Positions 8,691 through 17,101 of a stretch of 64,000 nt of DNA are shown in pieces; positions within the stretch are counted from its first letter, which is position 1, and every line of letters begins with the position of its first letter. The stretch spans positions 6,719 through 70,718 of the forward strand of contig JAMOBD010000008.1 in the NCBI GenBank assembly GCA_039908345.1, written 5' to 3'. The notes beneath the pieces are model-generated. The model saw only the letters and a program-made list of their open reading frames with translations. It did no database searches and was not told the DNA's origin. The position numbers were made by a program, and so were the translations under genes. The DNA is from Magnetospirillum sp. WYHS-4. Its GTDB lineage: Bacteria; Pseudomonadota; Alphaproteobacteria; Rhodospirillales; GLO-3.

Positions 8691-10450
8691 CGGGTTGCCT
8701 CCTCCTCGGCGAACTGCAGGGCGTGCAGCTTGGCATAAAGCCCGCCCTTGGCCAGCAGGTCGTCGTGGCGGCCGGTTTCGGCGACGCGGCCTTCGGCGAT
8801 CACGTGGATCAGGTCGGCGTCCACCACCGTGGACAGGCGGTGGGCGATCACCAGGGTGGTGCGGCCCTTGACCAGTTCCTTGAGCGCCGTCTGCACCTTG
8901 CGTTCGGATTCGGTATCGAGGGCCGAGGTCGCCTCATCCAGCAGCAGGATGGGGGCGTTCTTCAGCATGGCGCGGGCGATGGCCAGACGCTGGCGCTGGC
9001 CGCCCGACAGCTTGACTCCCTGTTCGCCGACCACTGTTTCGTAGCCCTGCGGCAGGTCCATGATGAAGTCGTGGGCGGCGGCGTGGCGGGCGGCATCGAC
9101 GATCTCGTCCTCGGTGGCGCCGGCCCTGCCATAGGCGATGTTGGCCCTTACCGAATCGTCGAAAAGAGTGATCTCCTGGCTGACCAGGGCGATGTTCTGG
9201 TGCAGCGAAGCCAGCGTCGCCTCGCGGATATCGGCGCCGTCGATGGTCACCCGGCCCGATGTCACGTCATAGAAGCGGGGAATCAGGTTGAGGATGGTCG
9301 ACTTGCCGGCTCCCGACGGTCCGACCAGGGCCACGGTCCGGCCGGCCGGAACCTCGAGGTCGAGGCCGATCAGGGCCGGCTTGCCCGGCTCGTAGGCGAA
9401 ATGCACATCCTCCAGCCGCAAGGCCCCGGTGGTGACCGTCAGCGGCTGCGCCCCCGGCTTCTCGACGATGCTGGACGGCACGTCGAGCAGTTCGAACAGC
9501 CGCTGGGCGCCCGCCAGGCCCTCCTGCAGGCTGGCGTTCAGGTTGGCCAGGCGCTTCAGGGGCTCGTAGGCCATCAAGAGCGCCGTGATGAAGGAGAAGA
9601 AAGCGCCCGGGGTGGTCCGGGTCTCGATCACCTGGTAGCCGCCGTAGATGATGACCACGCAGACCGCCATGCCCCCCAAGGTCTCCATGATCGGGCTGGA
9701 CAGAGCGCGGGTACGGGCCGACTTGAGGCTCAAGCGATAGATGCGCTCGACGACACCGCCGACGCGGGCCTTCTCGTAGTCTTCCATGCCGTAGGCCTTG
9801 ACCACGCGAATGCCCTGGATGGTCTGTTCGAGCAGAGTCATCAGCAGGCCGGTCTCCTCCTGGGTGTTGGCGGTCACCTTGCGCATGCGCTTGCCCAGAC
9901 GGGCGATGGGATAGACCGCCACAGGGAATATGAAGAACGATACGGCCGCCAGTTCCCAGTTCTGGACGAACATCACGGCCACCAAGCCCACCAGGGTCAA
10001 CAGATCCTTGCCGAAGCCGGTCAATCCGTTGGATACCGCCATGCGCATCATGCCGATATCCTGGGTGAAGCGGTTGATCAGGCGACCGGTCTGGTTGGTG
10101 TGGAAGAAGGTGAGATCCATGCGGACCAAATGGGCGTAGAGCCGGTTCTGGTTGTCGGAGATCACTTTGAGTCCCAGGCGGGCCATGATGACCGCCTGGG
10201 CATAGCTGGCGGCTCCCTTGGCAAGGAAACTGCCCACCACGGCGAGGCTCAGGGGGATCAGCATGTCGGCCCGCTTCTCGACGAAGATCCAGTCGACCAC
10301 CGGCTTCATCAGCCAGGCGTTCAGCGCCGTGGCGGCCGCCATGGTCGCCATACAGATCAGCGCCAGCGCGATCCAGCCCTTGTAATGGCGGATGCTCTCG
10401 CGCCACAGGCGGGCAACCAGGCTCCAACTGCTTTGATGGCGATAGGACAA
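8687..10450 (-). CDS. msbA: lipid A export ABC transporter, fused permease/ATPase
   Basis: 587 aa. Six-TM ABC exporter domain followed by Walker A GPSGAGKST, signature LSGGQRQR and Walker B ILLLDEATSALD. Confidence 0.85.
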   Translation of the reverse strand: MSYRHQSSWSLVARLWRESIRHYKGWIALALICMATMAAATALNAWLMKPVVDWIFVEKRADMLIPLSLAVVGSFLAKGAASYAQAVIMARLGLKVISDNQNRLYAHLVRMDLTFFHTNQTGRLINRFTQDIGMMRMAVSNGLTGFGKDLLTLVGLVAVMFVQNWELAAVSFFIFPVAVYPIARLGKRMRKVTANTQEETGLLMTLLEQTIQGIRVVKAYGMEDYEKARVGGVVERIYRLSLKSARTRALSSPIMETLGGMAVCVVIIYGGYQVIETRTTPGAFFSFITALLMAYEPLKRLANLNASLQEGLAGAQRLFELLDVPSSIVEKPGAQPLTVTTGALRLEDVHFAYEPGKPALIGLDLEVPAGRTVALVGPSGAGKSTILNLIPRFYDVTSGRVTIDGADIREATLASLHQNIALVSQEITLFDDSVRANIAYGRAGATEDEIVDAARHAAAHDFIMDLPQGYETVVGEQGVKLSGGQRQRLAIARAMLKNAPILLLDEATSALDTESERKVQTALKELVKGRTTLVIAHRLSTVVDADLIHVIAEGRVAETGRHDDLLAKGGLYAKLHALQFAEEEATR

Positions 10451-10546
10451 GGGCGGAATCCGAAGGTTTGGCCAGGGCCGACCATAACACGCGAGAACCG
10501 GAGGGCCAACGGTTTGGGCGGGCGACTCCCTTGGCTTTCGGCAAGG

Positions 10547-10612
10547 AAAAGGGGCGCCGATCCCGGCGGGGTATGGGAAAGCGGACCATACCTCGTCCGG
10601 AACCGGCGCCCC
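10547..10612 (-). terminator. strong intrinsic terminator ending the phage-like module
   Basis: On the minus strand: GGGGCGCCG...GGTATGG-tccgctttc-CCATACC...CGGCGCCCC followed by TTTTCCTT. It starts 34 nt after the scaffold-like stop codon. Confidence 0.6.
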
Positions 10613-10645
10613 GAGGGAGGGGGAGCTGCGGGGCGGAGCCGCGCA

Positions 10646-11401
10646 TCACCCCTCGGACGGATACAGCCGCTCGTATCCGCGCGTGACCTTGGCCACGTAG
10701 GCCGGGTCGTGGTCACGCCAGTAGCGGGGATCCTTCATCATCTCCCTCAGTTGCTGCTCGGTCTGCATGTCGTCGCCGCGGTGCTCGACCCGGCCAAGCC
10801 CGGGTTCCGAGCGTGCCTCGGCCATCATGCGATGCAGCGCCAATACCCCGTCGTAGCTGGAAGCGAGGGCGTGGAAAACGTCCTGGGTCAGGTTGGCCTT
10901 GCCCCAGGACGAGAGTTGCTGGGACATCTCGCTCCACTTTTCCTGTCCGCCGAAACGTTCGGCCAGGCGGTCCACTTGGCGCTGGGTCTCGAACGCCGTG
11001 GCCATGCGGCTGACGATGGGGCCCAGGCGTTCCGTGGCCAAGTCGTAGACCAGTTGCGCCTGCTGGCGGCTGAATCCGGCTTGGTGCAGGCGGGCGTTGA
11101 CCTCCTTGTCGATCTCGAACTGGGGGTCGGCGATGGCGATCTCGTAGCCGTCGGGATCGTCCGGAACGTCCGGACGGGGCGTGCCCGTGGCGCCCAACTT
11201 GCGTTCCAGTTCCTGGTAGGACTGGATCAGGGCCTCGGCGCGCAACTGCCCGGTCGTCGGATCGCGGAACTTGGGGGGAATGGCGAAGCCGCCTTCGGCG
11301 GGTTCTGCGGACGCCGGGGCCGGAGCAGGGGTGGAGTCGGAGACGGCGGCCGCCGGGGCCGCCGTCTCCATTCCCGTGTCGGGAATGAACATCTCAGTCA
11401 T
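10646..11401 (-). CDS. podovirus-type capsid assembly scaffold-like protein
   Basis: 251 aa. Ala/Pro-rich N-terminus, then IPPKFRDPTTGQLRAEALIQSYQELERKLG, and C-terminal MKDPRYWRDHDPAYVAKVTRGYERLY. These are the blocks I recall from T7/BPP-1-like scaffold proteins. Confidence 0.6.
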   Translation of the reverse strand: MTEMFIPDTGMETAAPAAAVSDSTPAPAPASAEPAEGGFAIPPKFRDPTTGQLRAEALIQSYQELERKLGATGTPRPDVPDDPDGYEIAIADPQFEIDKEVNARLHQAGFSRQQAQLVYDLATERLGPIVSRMATAFETQRQVDRLAERFGGQEKWSEMSQQLSSWGKANLTQDVFHALASSYDGVLALHRMMAEARSEPGLGRVEHRGDDMQTEQQLREMMKDPRYWRDHDPAYVAKVTRGYERLYPSEG

Positions 11402-11705
11402 CGTCTTCTCCTCTATCGGAATAGGAAGGCCGGGGCGGAGTCGCCGAGGCCGTGGGCCTGCATCCCCTGCCGCGTTCGACCATGTGGAGGATGTAGGACA
11501 CGAGTTGCCGCTGTCCCTCCAGGTGACGGAGGTAGGCGTCGTCGACGGTAGGGCCGCAGGCTCGTTCCAGGGTCACGGACCGGAGGTGGGACAGCACCCA
11601 CTCGCCGTCACGCCCCCGGAGGCAGCGGGCGAAGGCCAGGGCCAGATCGGGATCGCTCCCATCCTGGGGCCGGGTCCAGCCGGAGCCGGGGTCAGCGCAC
11701 CCCAT
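11394..11705 (-). CDS. small phage-associated protein, possibly Bbp19-like
   Basis: 103 aa. It overlaps the portal stop by 14 nt and the scaffold start by 8 nt. FARCL..RDGEWVLSHLRSVT...LEGQRQLVSYILHMVERG resembles small proteins found between portal and scaffold genes in BPP-1-like phages. This assignment rests on memory only. Confidence 0.4.
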   Translation of the reverse strand: MGCADPGSGWTRPQDGSDPDLALAFARCLRGRDGEWVLSHLRSVTLERACGPTVDDAYLRHLEGQRQLVSYILHMVERGRGCRPTASATPPRPSYSDRGEDDD

Positions 11706-13257
11706 GGCCGCCTCCCTGCGCCATCGCGCCGCCCTGGGGGGCTTCGGCCAGGGCAGGACCCAACGTGGCCAGGGTTGCGGCCGGATCGGCTTCGTCGGCC
11801 TCCCGGATCAACTCGCCCGGCACGCCGTAGGCGCGGCCCAGCCAGCGGGCCGCGGCGGCATGGTCGACCGCCACGGCTCCCTGCGGACCCAGGCTGGCCA
11901 GAGAGTTGAGCCAGAGCAGGGTGTTCTGCGCCTCGTTTTGGGCCTGATGGCGGGCCAGCGGCGACTTGTATTCCAGGTCGACGGTGCGCCCGTCCAGGCT
12001 TATGCGCAGCACTTCGCCGCGCCGGGACAGGATGGCTAGCGCCCGGGCCACCAGCGGCGTCAGCAGTTCGGACTGCAGCCGGCCGTAGGTGGCGCCCAGG
12101 ATGCGAGCCATCTCGGCCGCCCGCTCCAGGACTTCGGTGGCGGTCATTTTTGGACCCTCGATCTGCCCCAGCCGGTCGGCCAGGAGGGCCTGGCGGATGC
12201 GTGCGTGGAGCTGATCGAGCACCAGTTGCGAGATGTCGAACCGGCCCGGCGCCTCCAGCGGCGTGAGGCCCGCGGAGCCGACGGCCTTGGGGATGATGGC
12301 GCCCGGCACCAGCTTGATGTTGGCCGGGTTCAGCACCCCGTCGTCGTCGGCCTGCCAGATGCCGGTAACGGCGATGGAAGCGTTCTTCAGGACCAGTTCG
12401 ACCACCTTGTTGGCGGTCTTGATGTCCGGCAGAGTCTTCATCACCGGCGAGCGTCCATAGACCTCGCCCGGCGCCTTGAGCCAACGGAAGTTGATGAAGG
12501 GGGAACTGGCGAAGCGGCCCTTCTCCAGTACCGTCGGCTCGCCGATCCGGGACTGCTCGGTTTCGGCGACCGCCATGTAGAGGAAATCGCCCCGGTCGGG
12601 ATCGGGCACCACCGCCTCCACCAGGGCGATGCGGTAGTCCAGGTCCTTTTCCGCCCGTCGCTGGGTTTCCTCGGGCAGCTGGGCCTTGGGAAAGCGGCTG
12701 CGGAACTGGGTGAGGGTCAGTTCGCTCCGCCGGAAGGTGGTGGTGAGGCGGCCGAAGGCGTCCTCCTCGAACACCACCTGCCCCAAGGGCACGGCGGTGA
12801 ACTGGAAAGCCGAGGCGGCCCCTGGCGGGGCCTCCTCGAACAGCAGGCAGGCGGTTCCCGCCGTCACCAAGTCCAGGTAGCATTGGTGGATCTCGACCGC
12901 GAAGTTGGAACGGTCGAAATGCGACTGCAGGGTCGCCCCGGTCTTTTCCAGTTCGGGGGCGACGAAGTCGCGTTCGGCGCCTTCGATGTCCCGGCCGGGC
13001 GCCAGCCCGAACCAGCGCGACCAGGGGGGAGTCAGTTGCGACAGCATGCTGGCCGCCAACTGGTCGACGGCGTCCGGAGCCGTGCCGTCGAAGAGCTTGT
13101 CGCTCTTCTTTTCGCCCGGCTCGCGGTTGCTGAGGATGGCGTCGCGCAAAGGCAGGGCATAGTCGTAGCATTCCTGCCAGTGCGCTTCCCAGGTGGAGCG
13201 CCGCTCTTTGGCGCGGGTATAGCGGTCCACCACGGTCTGGGGCGCGATGTCGTCCAT
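11692..13257 (-). CDS. phage portal protein, T7-type head-to-tail connector family
   Basis: 521 aa from MDDIAPQ. RYTRAKERRSTWEAHWQECYDYALP...LFDGTAPDAVDQLAASMLSQLTPPWSRWF is the N-terminal pattern of Head-tail_con (PF12236-like) portals. The length is close to T7 gp8. Confidence 0.8.
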   Translation of the reverse strand: MDDIAPQTVVDRYTRAKERRSTWEAHWQECYDYALPLRDAILSNREPGEKKSDKLFDGTAPDAVDQLAASMLSQLTPPWSRWFGLAPGRDIEGAERDFVAPELEKTGATLQSHFDRSNFAVEIHQCYLDLVTAGTACLLFEEAPPGAASAFQFTAVPLGQVVFEEDAFGRLTTTFRRSELTLTQFRSRFPKAQLPEETQRRAEKDLDYRIALVEAVVPDPDRGDFLYMAVAETEQSRIGEPTVLEKGRFASSPFINFRWLKAPGEVYGRSPVMKTLPDIKTANKVVELVLKNASIAVTGIWQADDDGVLNPANIKLVPGAIIPKAVGSAGLTPLEAPGRFDISQLVLDQLHARIRQALLADRLGQIEGPKMTATEVLERAAEMARILGATYGRLQSELLTPLVARALAILSRRGEVLRISLDGRTVDLEYKSPLARHQAQNEAQNTLLWLNSLASLGPQGAVAVDHAAAARWLGRAYGVPGELIREADEADPAATLATLGPALAEAPQGGAMAQGGGHGVR

Positions 13258-13259
13258 GG

Positions 13260-13475
13260 TCACTCTCCCAGGAGATGTTGCTTGCCCGAAGGGGTGGCGG
13301 TCGAACCGTCGAGGATGCCACGCTCCGATGTCAGGTTGAGACCGGAGCGGCCGCGGCGGCGACGCTCGATGGCCTCCAGGCGCCGTTTGCGGTCCTCGGC
13401 CTCCGGATCGGGAGGAGGAGGCGGTGGCGGGGGCGGCGGTGGCGGGGGCGGCGCGGAGCCGAAGATTCCACCCAT
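13260..13475 (-). CDS. small poly-proline protein (71 aa), first gene of the phage-like module
   Basis: MGGIFGSA-P14-DPEAEDRKRRLEAIERRRRGRSGLNLTSERGIL. An AGGAG RBS lies 6 nt upstream of the ATG. The stop is 2 nt before the portal ATG. Confidence 0.55.
   Translation of the reverse strand: MGGIFGSAPPPPPPPPPPPPPPDPEAEDRKRRLEAIERRRRGRSGLNLTSERGILDGSTATPSGKQHLLGE
13410..13451 (-). repeat. (CCN)14 tract encoding 14 consecutive prolines
   Basis: Plus strand ggg agg agg agg cgg tgg cgg ggg cgg cgg tgg cgg ggg cgg. It is in frame within the small ORF. Confidence 0.9.
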
Positions 13476-13509
13476 GGGGAGTCTCCTTTCGTTCACGGTT
13501 GGGGAAAAT

Positions 13510-13530
13510 GAAAAAGCCGCCGCGGCGGCT
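13510..13530 (-). terminator. intrinsic terminator/attenuator hairpin in the leader of the phage-like module
   Basis: Minus strand AGCCGCCGCGGCGGCT followed by TTTTTCATTTT. It ends about 35 nt upstream of the first ATG of the module. Confidence 0.45.
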
Positions 13531-13580
13531 GCCGGGGCGGCGGAAAGACGCCGGGCGCACGTGTCCCGGTCACGGAAACG

Positions 13581-13609
13581 ACCTTAGGGCCACCGAAGGG
13601 CGCAGTCAA
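13581..13609 (-). promoter_or_regulatory. putative sigma70-type promoter for the phage-like module
   Basis: Minus strand TTGACT-N17-TAAGGT, located in the only AT-rich stretch between yqgE and the module. Confidence 0.3.
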
Positions 13610-13619
13610 GGACATTTTT

Positions 13620-13649
13620 CGAACATAAAGACTTTTGTCTCTATGTTCG
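13620..13649. promoter_or_regulatory. 30-nt AT-rich near-perfect palindrome (candidate operator)
   Basis: CGAACATAAAGAC-TTTT-GTCTCTATGTTCG, with 12/13 arm matches. It lies 10 nt upstream of the putative -35 element. Confidence 0.4.
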
Positions 13650-13800
13650 CGCCGAAGGCAAGGCTGCCGCTCGAAGGAGGGGCGCCATTTGTCGACGCCT
13701 CTGGAGGGGCCTTATGTGATGAGGGGGTGTCGTCTTGCCGTATCGATAACAAACTGAGTTGATCTGGTTAAATAGATCGGGGAACAATCACCTTCATGCC

Positions 13801-14388
13801 TCAGGCGTGACCGGCCTCGTCCGACAGCATCCGCGGATCGATGCCCAGCTTGCCCATTGCGCGTTCCCATTTGCCGTCCAGGTCGGCATCGAAGACCAGG
13901 TTCTCGTCCGGCGGCACGTGCAGCCAGCCGTTGTTCTTGATTTCCGTATCGAGCTGCCCCGGCCCCCAGCCGGCGTATCCCAGGGCAATCAACCGGCGGC
14001 GCGGGCCACCGCCTTCGGCGATGTCGCGCAGGATGTCCACCGTGGCGGTGAGCGCCACAGTTTCATCCACAACCAGGGTCGATTCGCCCATGTAGTCGGC
14101 GGAATGAAGCACGAAGCCGCGTCCTCCCTCCACCGGCCCGCCGAAATGGACCACGATGTCCTTGCCCTCGGGCACCGGGGGAATGTCGAGTTGCTCCAGG
14201 ATTTCCGGAAAGGTCATGGAATCCAGGGCCCGGTTGATGACCAGTCCCATAGCACCCTCCGGTCCATGGCCGCAAAGATAGATCACGGTCTTGGCGAAGC
14301 GGGGATCGGGCATGCCGGGCATGGCGACCAGAAGTTGGCCGGCAAGACTCATGGTCTCGTCTTGGGTCAGGGCGGGGGAACGGGTCAT
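13801..14388 (-). CDS. YqgE/AlgH family protein (UPF0301)
   Basis: 195 aa. LLVAMPGMPDPRFAKTVIYLCGHGPEGAMGLVINR...LGYAGWGPGQLDTEI is the family signature. Confidence 0.9.
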   Translation of the reverse strand: MTRSPALTQDETMSLAGQLLVAMPGMPDPRFAKTVIYLCGHGPEGAMGLVINRALDSMTFPEILEQLDIPPVPEGKDIVVHFGGPVEGGRGFVLHSADYMGESTLVVDETVALTATVDILRDIAEGGGPRRRLIALGYAGWGPGQLDTEIKNNGWLHVPPDENLVFDADLDGKWERAMGKLGIDPRMLSDEAGHA

Positions 14389-14482
14389 GGGCGGCTTTCC
14401 TTGCTCGGCGCCATTCTCGCATAGGGTCCCCGCCGGGAAAAGAAAAACCGATTTTTTGCTGGGGGCTAGGGCGTGTCGTCAG

Positions 14483-15421
14483 TTAGGAGATTTCCGAGAT
14501 CGGGGGGGCGCCGACGCTGGCCTTGCCCAGCAACCCCGCCGCCTCGGTGAGCAGGAACCCCCGGAAGGCATTGGCGGCGGGGGGCAGGGACTTGCCTTTG
14601 CGGTGCACGACGTACCAGTGGCGCAGGATGGGGAATCCCACCACTTCCAGCGCCACCAGGCGCCCTTGGGCCAACTCCATCTCGATGGCGTCGCGGGGCA
14701 GCAGCCCCAGCCCCAGGCCGGCCTGAACGCTTTGCTTGATGGCTTCCAGGCTTTTCATCTCCATGCCCGTTCTCAGCTTCAGGCGATGATCGCGGAAGAA
14801 GCGTTCCATGGCGCTGCGTGTCCCCGAGCCCGGCTCCCGCACCAGGAAGACCTCGTCCTCCAGCCGCTTATGGGAAATGGCGGAAACGCCGGCCAAAGGA
14901 TGGTCGGGGGCGGCGGCGATGACCAGCGGGTTTTCCATGAAGGGCCCCGCCTCCAGTTCCAGTCCTGCCGGCGGCTGGCCCATGATCGCCATGTCGACTT
15001 CGTTGTCGCGCAAATGCGCCAGAGCCTCTTCCCGGTTGGTGACGTCCAGGCTGACCGTGATTCCCGGATAGCGGCGCGAGAAGGTGCCAAGAAGCCGGGG
15101 CACGAAATAGGTGGCGGTGGAAATGGCCGAGATGGTGAGTCGCCCCCGCTCAAGGCCCTTGAGGCGATCCAGCACTTCCTCCAACTCGTCCAGTTGCTGG
15201 GTGAGCGCGCGGGCCTGGCGGTAGACCTCCTCGCCCGCCTCGTTGAGGCGCAGGGCGCGCCCCGCCTGCTCGAACAGAGGCAGGCCAAGCTGGGCCTCCA
15301 GCTGCTTGACCTGCATGGAGATCGCCGGCTGAGTCAGATGCAACTCCTCGGCGGCGCGGGTGAAGCTCTTGTGGCGGGCCACGGCGGCGAAGGCGCGAAG
15401 CTGGCGCAGGGTTACGTTCAT
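14483..15421 (-). CDS. cbbR: LysR-family regulator of the RubisCO gene
   Basis: 312 aa from MNVTLRQLRAFAAVARHKSFTRAAEELHLTQPAISMQVKQLE (LysR HTH). It is divergent from cbbM. Confidence 0.85.
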   Translation of the reverse strand: MNVTLRQLRAFAAVARHKSFTRAAEELHLTQPAISMQVKQLEAQLGLPLFEQAGRALRLNEAGEEVYRQARALTQQLDELEEVLDRLKGLERGRLTISAISTATYFVPRLLGTFSRRYPGITVSLDVTNREEALAHLRDNEVDMAIMGQPPAGLELEAGPFMENPLVIAAAPDHPLAGVSAISHKRLEDEVFLVREPGSGTRSAMERFFRDHRLKLRTGMEMKSLEAIKQSVQAGLGLGLLPRDAIEMELAQGRLVALEVVGFPILRHWYVVHRKGKSLPPAANAFRGFLLTEAAGLLGKASVGAPPISEIS

Positions 15422-15432
15422 GGCCGCACAAC

Positions 15433-15483
15433 ATAAGACATGCTTATGCTTGCCATCAACACATTTTGTTTTTCTTATATAAG
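15433..15483. promoter_or_regulatory. candidate CbbR operator sites in the cbbR-cbbM intergenic region
   Basis: ATAAGACATGCTTAT (15433-15447; contains T-N11-A) and CTTATATAAG (15474-15483) share ATAAG/CTTAT half-sites. Confidence 0.35.
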
Positions 15484-15560
15484 CGCTTTCGCTATAGTCC
15501 GCGCCATCCAAACCGCCACGGGGGCGGGCTCATAATCATACGTCGCGAGGAGACACGGCC

Positions 15561-16952
15561 ATGGCGCTGCTCGATCAGTCCAAGCGTTACGCGAACCTGA
15601 AACTGAAGGAAAAGGACCTCATCAAGGGCGGCCGGCACGTGCTCTGCGCCTACCTGATGAAGCCTAAGAAGGGCTACGGCTATCTGGAAGCGGCCGCCCA
15701 CTTCGCCGCCGAATCCTCGACCGGCACCAATGTGGACGTCTGCACCACCGACGACTTCACCAAGGGCGTCGACGCGCTGGTCTACGAGATCGACGAAGCC
15801 AAGGAGCTGATGAAGATCGCCTATCCGATCGAGTTGTTCGACCGCAACATGATCGACGGCCGCGCCATGATGGTTTCCTTCATGACGCTCACCATCGGCA
15901 ACAACCAGGGCATGGGCGACATCGAATACGCCAAGATGCTCGACTTCTACATGCCGGCGGCCCTGCTCCGCCTGTTCGACGGCCCGGCCTGCAACATCAA
16001 GGACATGTGGCGCGTGCTCGGCCGCGACCTGGATAACGGCGGCATGGTGGTCGGCACCATCATCAAGCCGAAGCTGGGCCTACGTCCGAAGCCGTTTGCC
16101 GATGCCTGCTACATGTTCTGGCTGGGCGGCGACTTCATCAAGAACGACGAGCCCCAGGGCAACCAGGTCTTCGCGCCGACCCGCGAGGTGATTCCCCTGA
16201 TCGCGGACGCCATGAAGCGCGCCCAGGACAAGACCGGCGAGGCCAAGCTGTTCTCGGCCAACATCACTGCCGACGATCCGTTCGAGATGATCCGCCGCGG
16301 CGAATACATCCTGGAGGAATTCGGCGAGAACGCCGACCATGTGGCCTTCCTGGTGGACGGCTACGTCGGCGGCCCGATGTCGGTGACGCTGTGCCGGCGC
16401 TACTTCCCCAAGCAGTTCCTGCACTACCACCGCGCCGGCCACGGCATGGTGACCAGCCCGCAGGCCAAGCGCGGCTACAACTCCCTGGTCCACATGAAGA
16501 TGTCGCGCCTGCAGGGCGCGTCGGGCATCCATACCGGCACCATGGGCTACGGCAAGATGGAAGGCGATCCGGCCGACAAGCTGCTGGCCTTCATGCTGGA
16601 GCGCGACGCCGCCGACGGCCTCTACTATCATCAGGAATGGCACGGCATGATGGCGACCACGCCGATCATCTCGGGCGGCATGAACGCGCTCCGCCTGCCC
16701 GGTTTCTTCGACAACCTGGGCCATTGCAACGTGATCCAGACCTCGGGCGGCGGCGCCTTCGGCCACAAGGACGGCGGCACGGCCGGCGCCATCTCGCTCA
16801 AGCAGGCGCGCGATGCCTGGATGAAGGGCGTCGACCTGGTGACCTACGCCAAGGATCACAAGGAACTGGCGGGCGCCTTCGAATCCTTCGCCCACGACGC
16901 CGACAAGATCTATCCCGACTGGCGCAAGAAGCTGGGCAAGAAGCACAAGTAG
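15561..16952 (+). CDS. cbbM: ribulose-1,5-bisphosphate carboxylase/oxygenase, form II
   Basis: 463 aa. Near-collinear with R. rubrum-type form II RubisCO ([41 protein letters not shown]). No small-subunit gene is present. Confidence 0.97.
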   Translation: MALLDQSKRYANLKLKEKDLIKGGRHVLCAYLMKPKKGYGYLEAAAHFAAESSTGTNVDVCTTDDFTKGVDALVYEIDEAKELMKIAYPIELFDRNMIDGRAMMVSFMTLTIGNNQGMGDIEYAKMLDFYMPAALLRLFDGPACNIKDMWRVLGRDLDNGGMVVGTIIKPKLGLRPKPFADACYMFWLGGDFIKNDEPQGNQVFAPTREVIPLIADAMKRAQDKTGEAKLFSANITADDPFEMIRRGEYILEEFGENADHVAFLVDGYVGGPMSVTLCRRYFPKQFLHYHRAGHGMVTSPQAKRGYNSLVHMKMSRLQGASGIHTGTMGYGKMEGDPADKLLAFMLERDAADGLYYHQEWHGMMATTPIISGGMNALRLPGFFDNLGHCNVIQTSGGGAFGHKDGGTAGAISLKQARDAWMKGVDLVTYAKDHKELAGAFESFAHDADKIYPDWRKKLGKKHK

Positions 16953-16981
16953 GCTTCTCCCGAACACGGATAAAGAAACGG

Positions 16982-17019
16982 ACGGCCGGGGATGGCGACA
17001 TCCCCGGCCGTTTCCCTTT
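16982..17019 (+). terminator. intrinsic terminator after cbbM
   Basis: ACGGCCGGGGAT-ggcgac-ATCCCCGGCCGT followed by TTCCCTTT. Confidence 0.75.
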
Positions 17020-17101
17020 GGACATCATGGGGACGGTGCATCTCGCGGGCGGTCCGGCTATTCTGGCTTACGCGCCCACGACATCCAGCTGCGAGGCCGC
17101 C

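Noticed and set aside
10451-10645. A possible remnant of a capsid gene between the scaffold-like gene and msbA.
   Set aside because: Only 195 nt are available. The space is occupied by a long terminator hairpin and the msbA leader, and no frame gives a capsid-like peptide.
8723-11551. Very long ORFs on the opposite strand of clear genes. These include the 942-aa ORF antisense to msbA and the scaffold gene, 45954-48488 antisense to atpG/atpD, 57350-60037 antisense to the kinase/receiver, 30998-33682 antisense to lepA, and 12205-13587 antisense to the portal.
   Set aside because: Their products are low-complexity and Arg/Gly/Ala/Pro-rich, with no motifs. The opposite strand encodes unmistakable conserved proteins. 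In about 65% GC DNA, stop codons are rare in antisense frames.
13410-13451. A GC-only triplet repeat that could be taken for a non-coding tandem repeat or array.
   Set aside because: It is in frame inside a small ORF with a good RBS and encodes Pro14. There are no spacer-repeat periodicities, so it is not CRISPR-like.
13620-13649. The palindrome read as an SOS (LexA) box or a CtrA box.
   Set aside because: Alphaproteobacterial LexA sites are GTTC-N7-GTTC direct repeats. Here GAAC and GTTC are inverted and 20 nt apart. No TTAA-N7-TTAA is present, only a single TTAA at 13768. It is kept as a generic operator candidate only.
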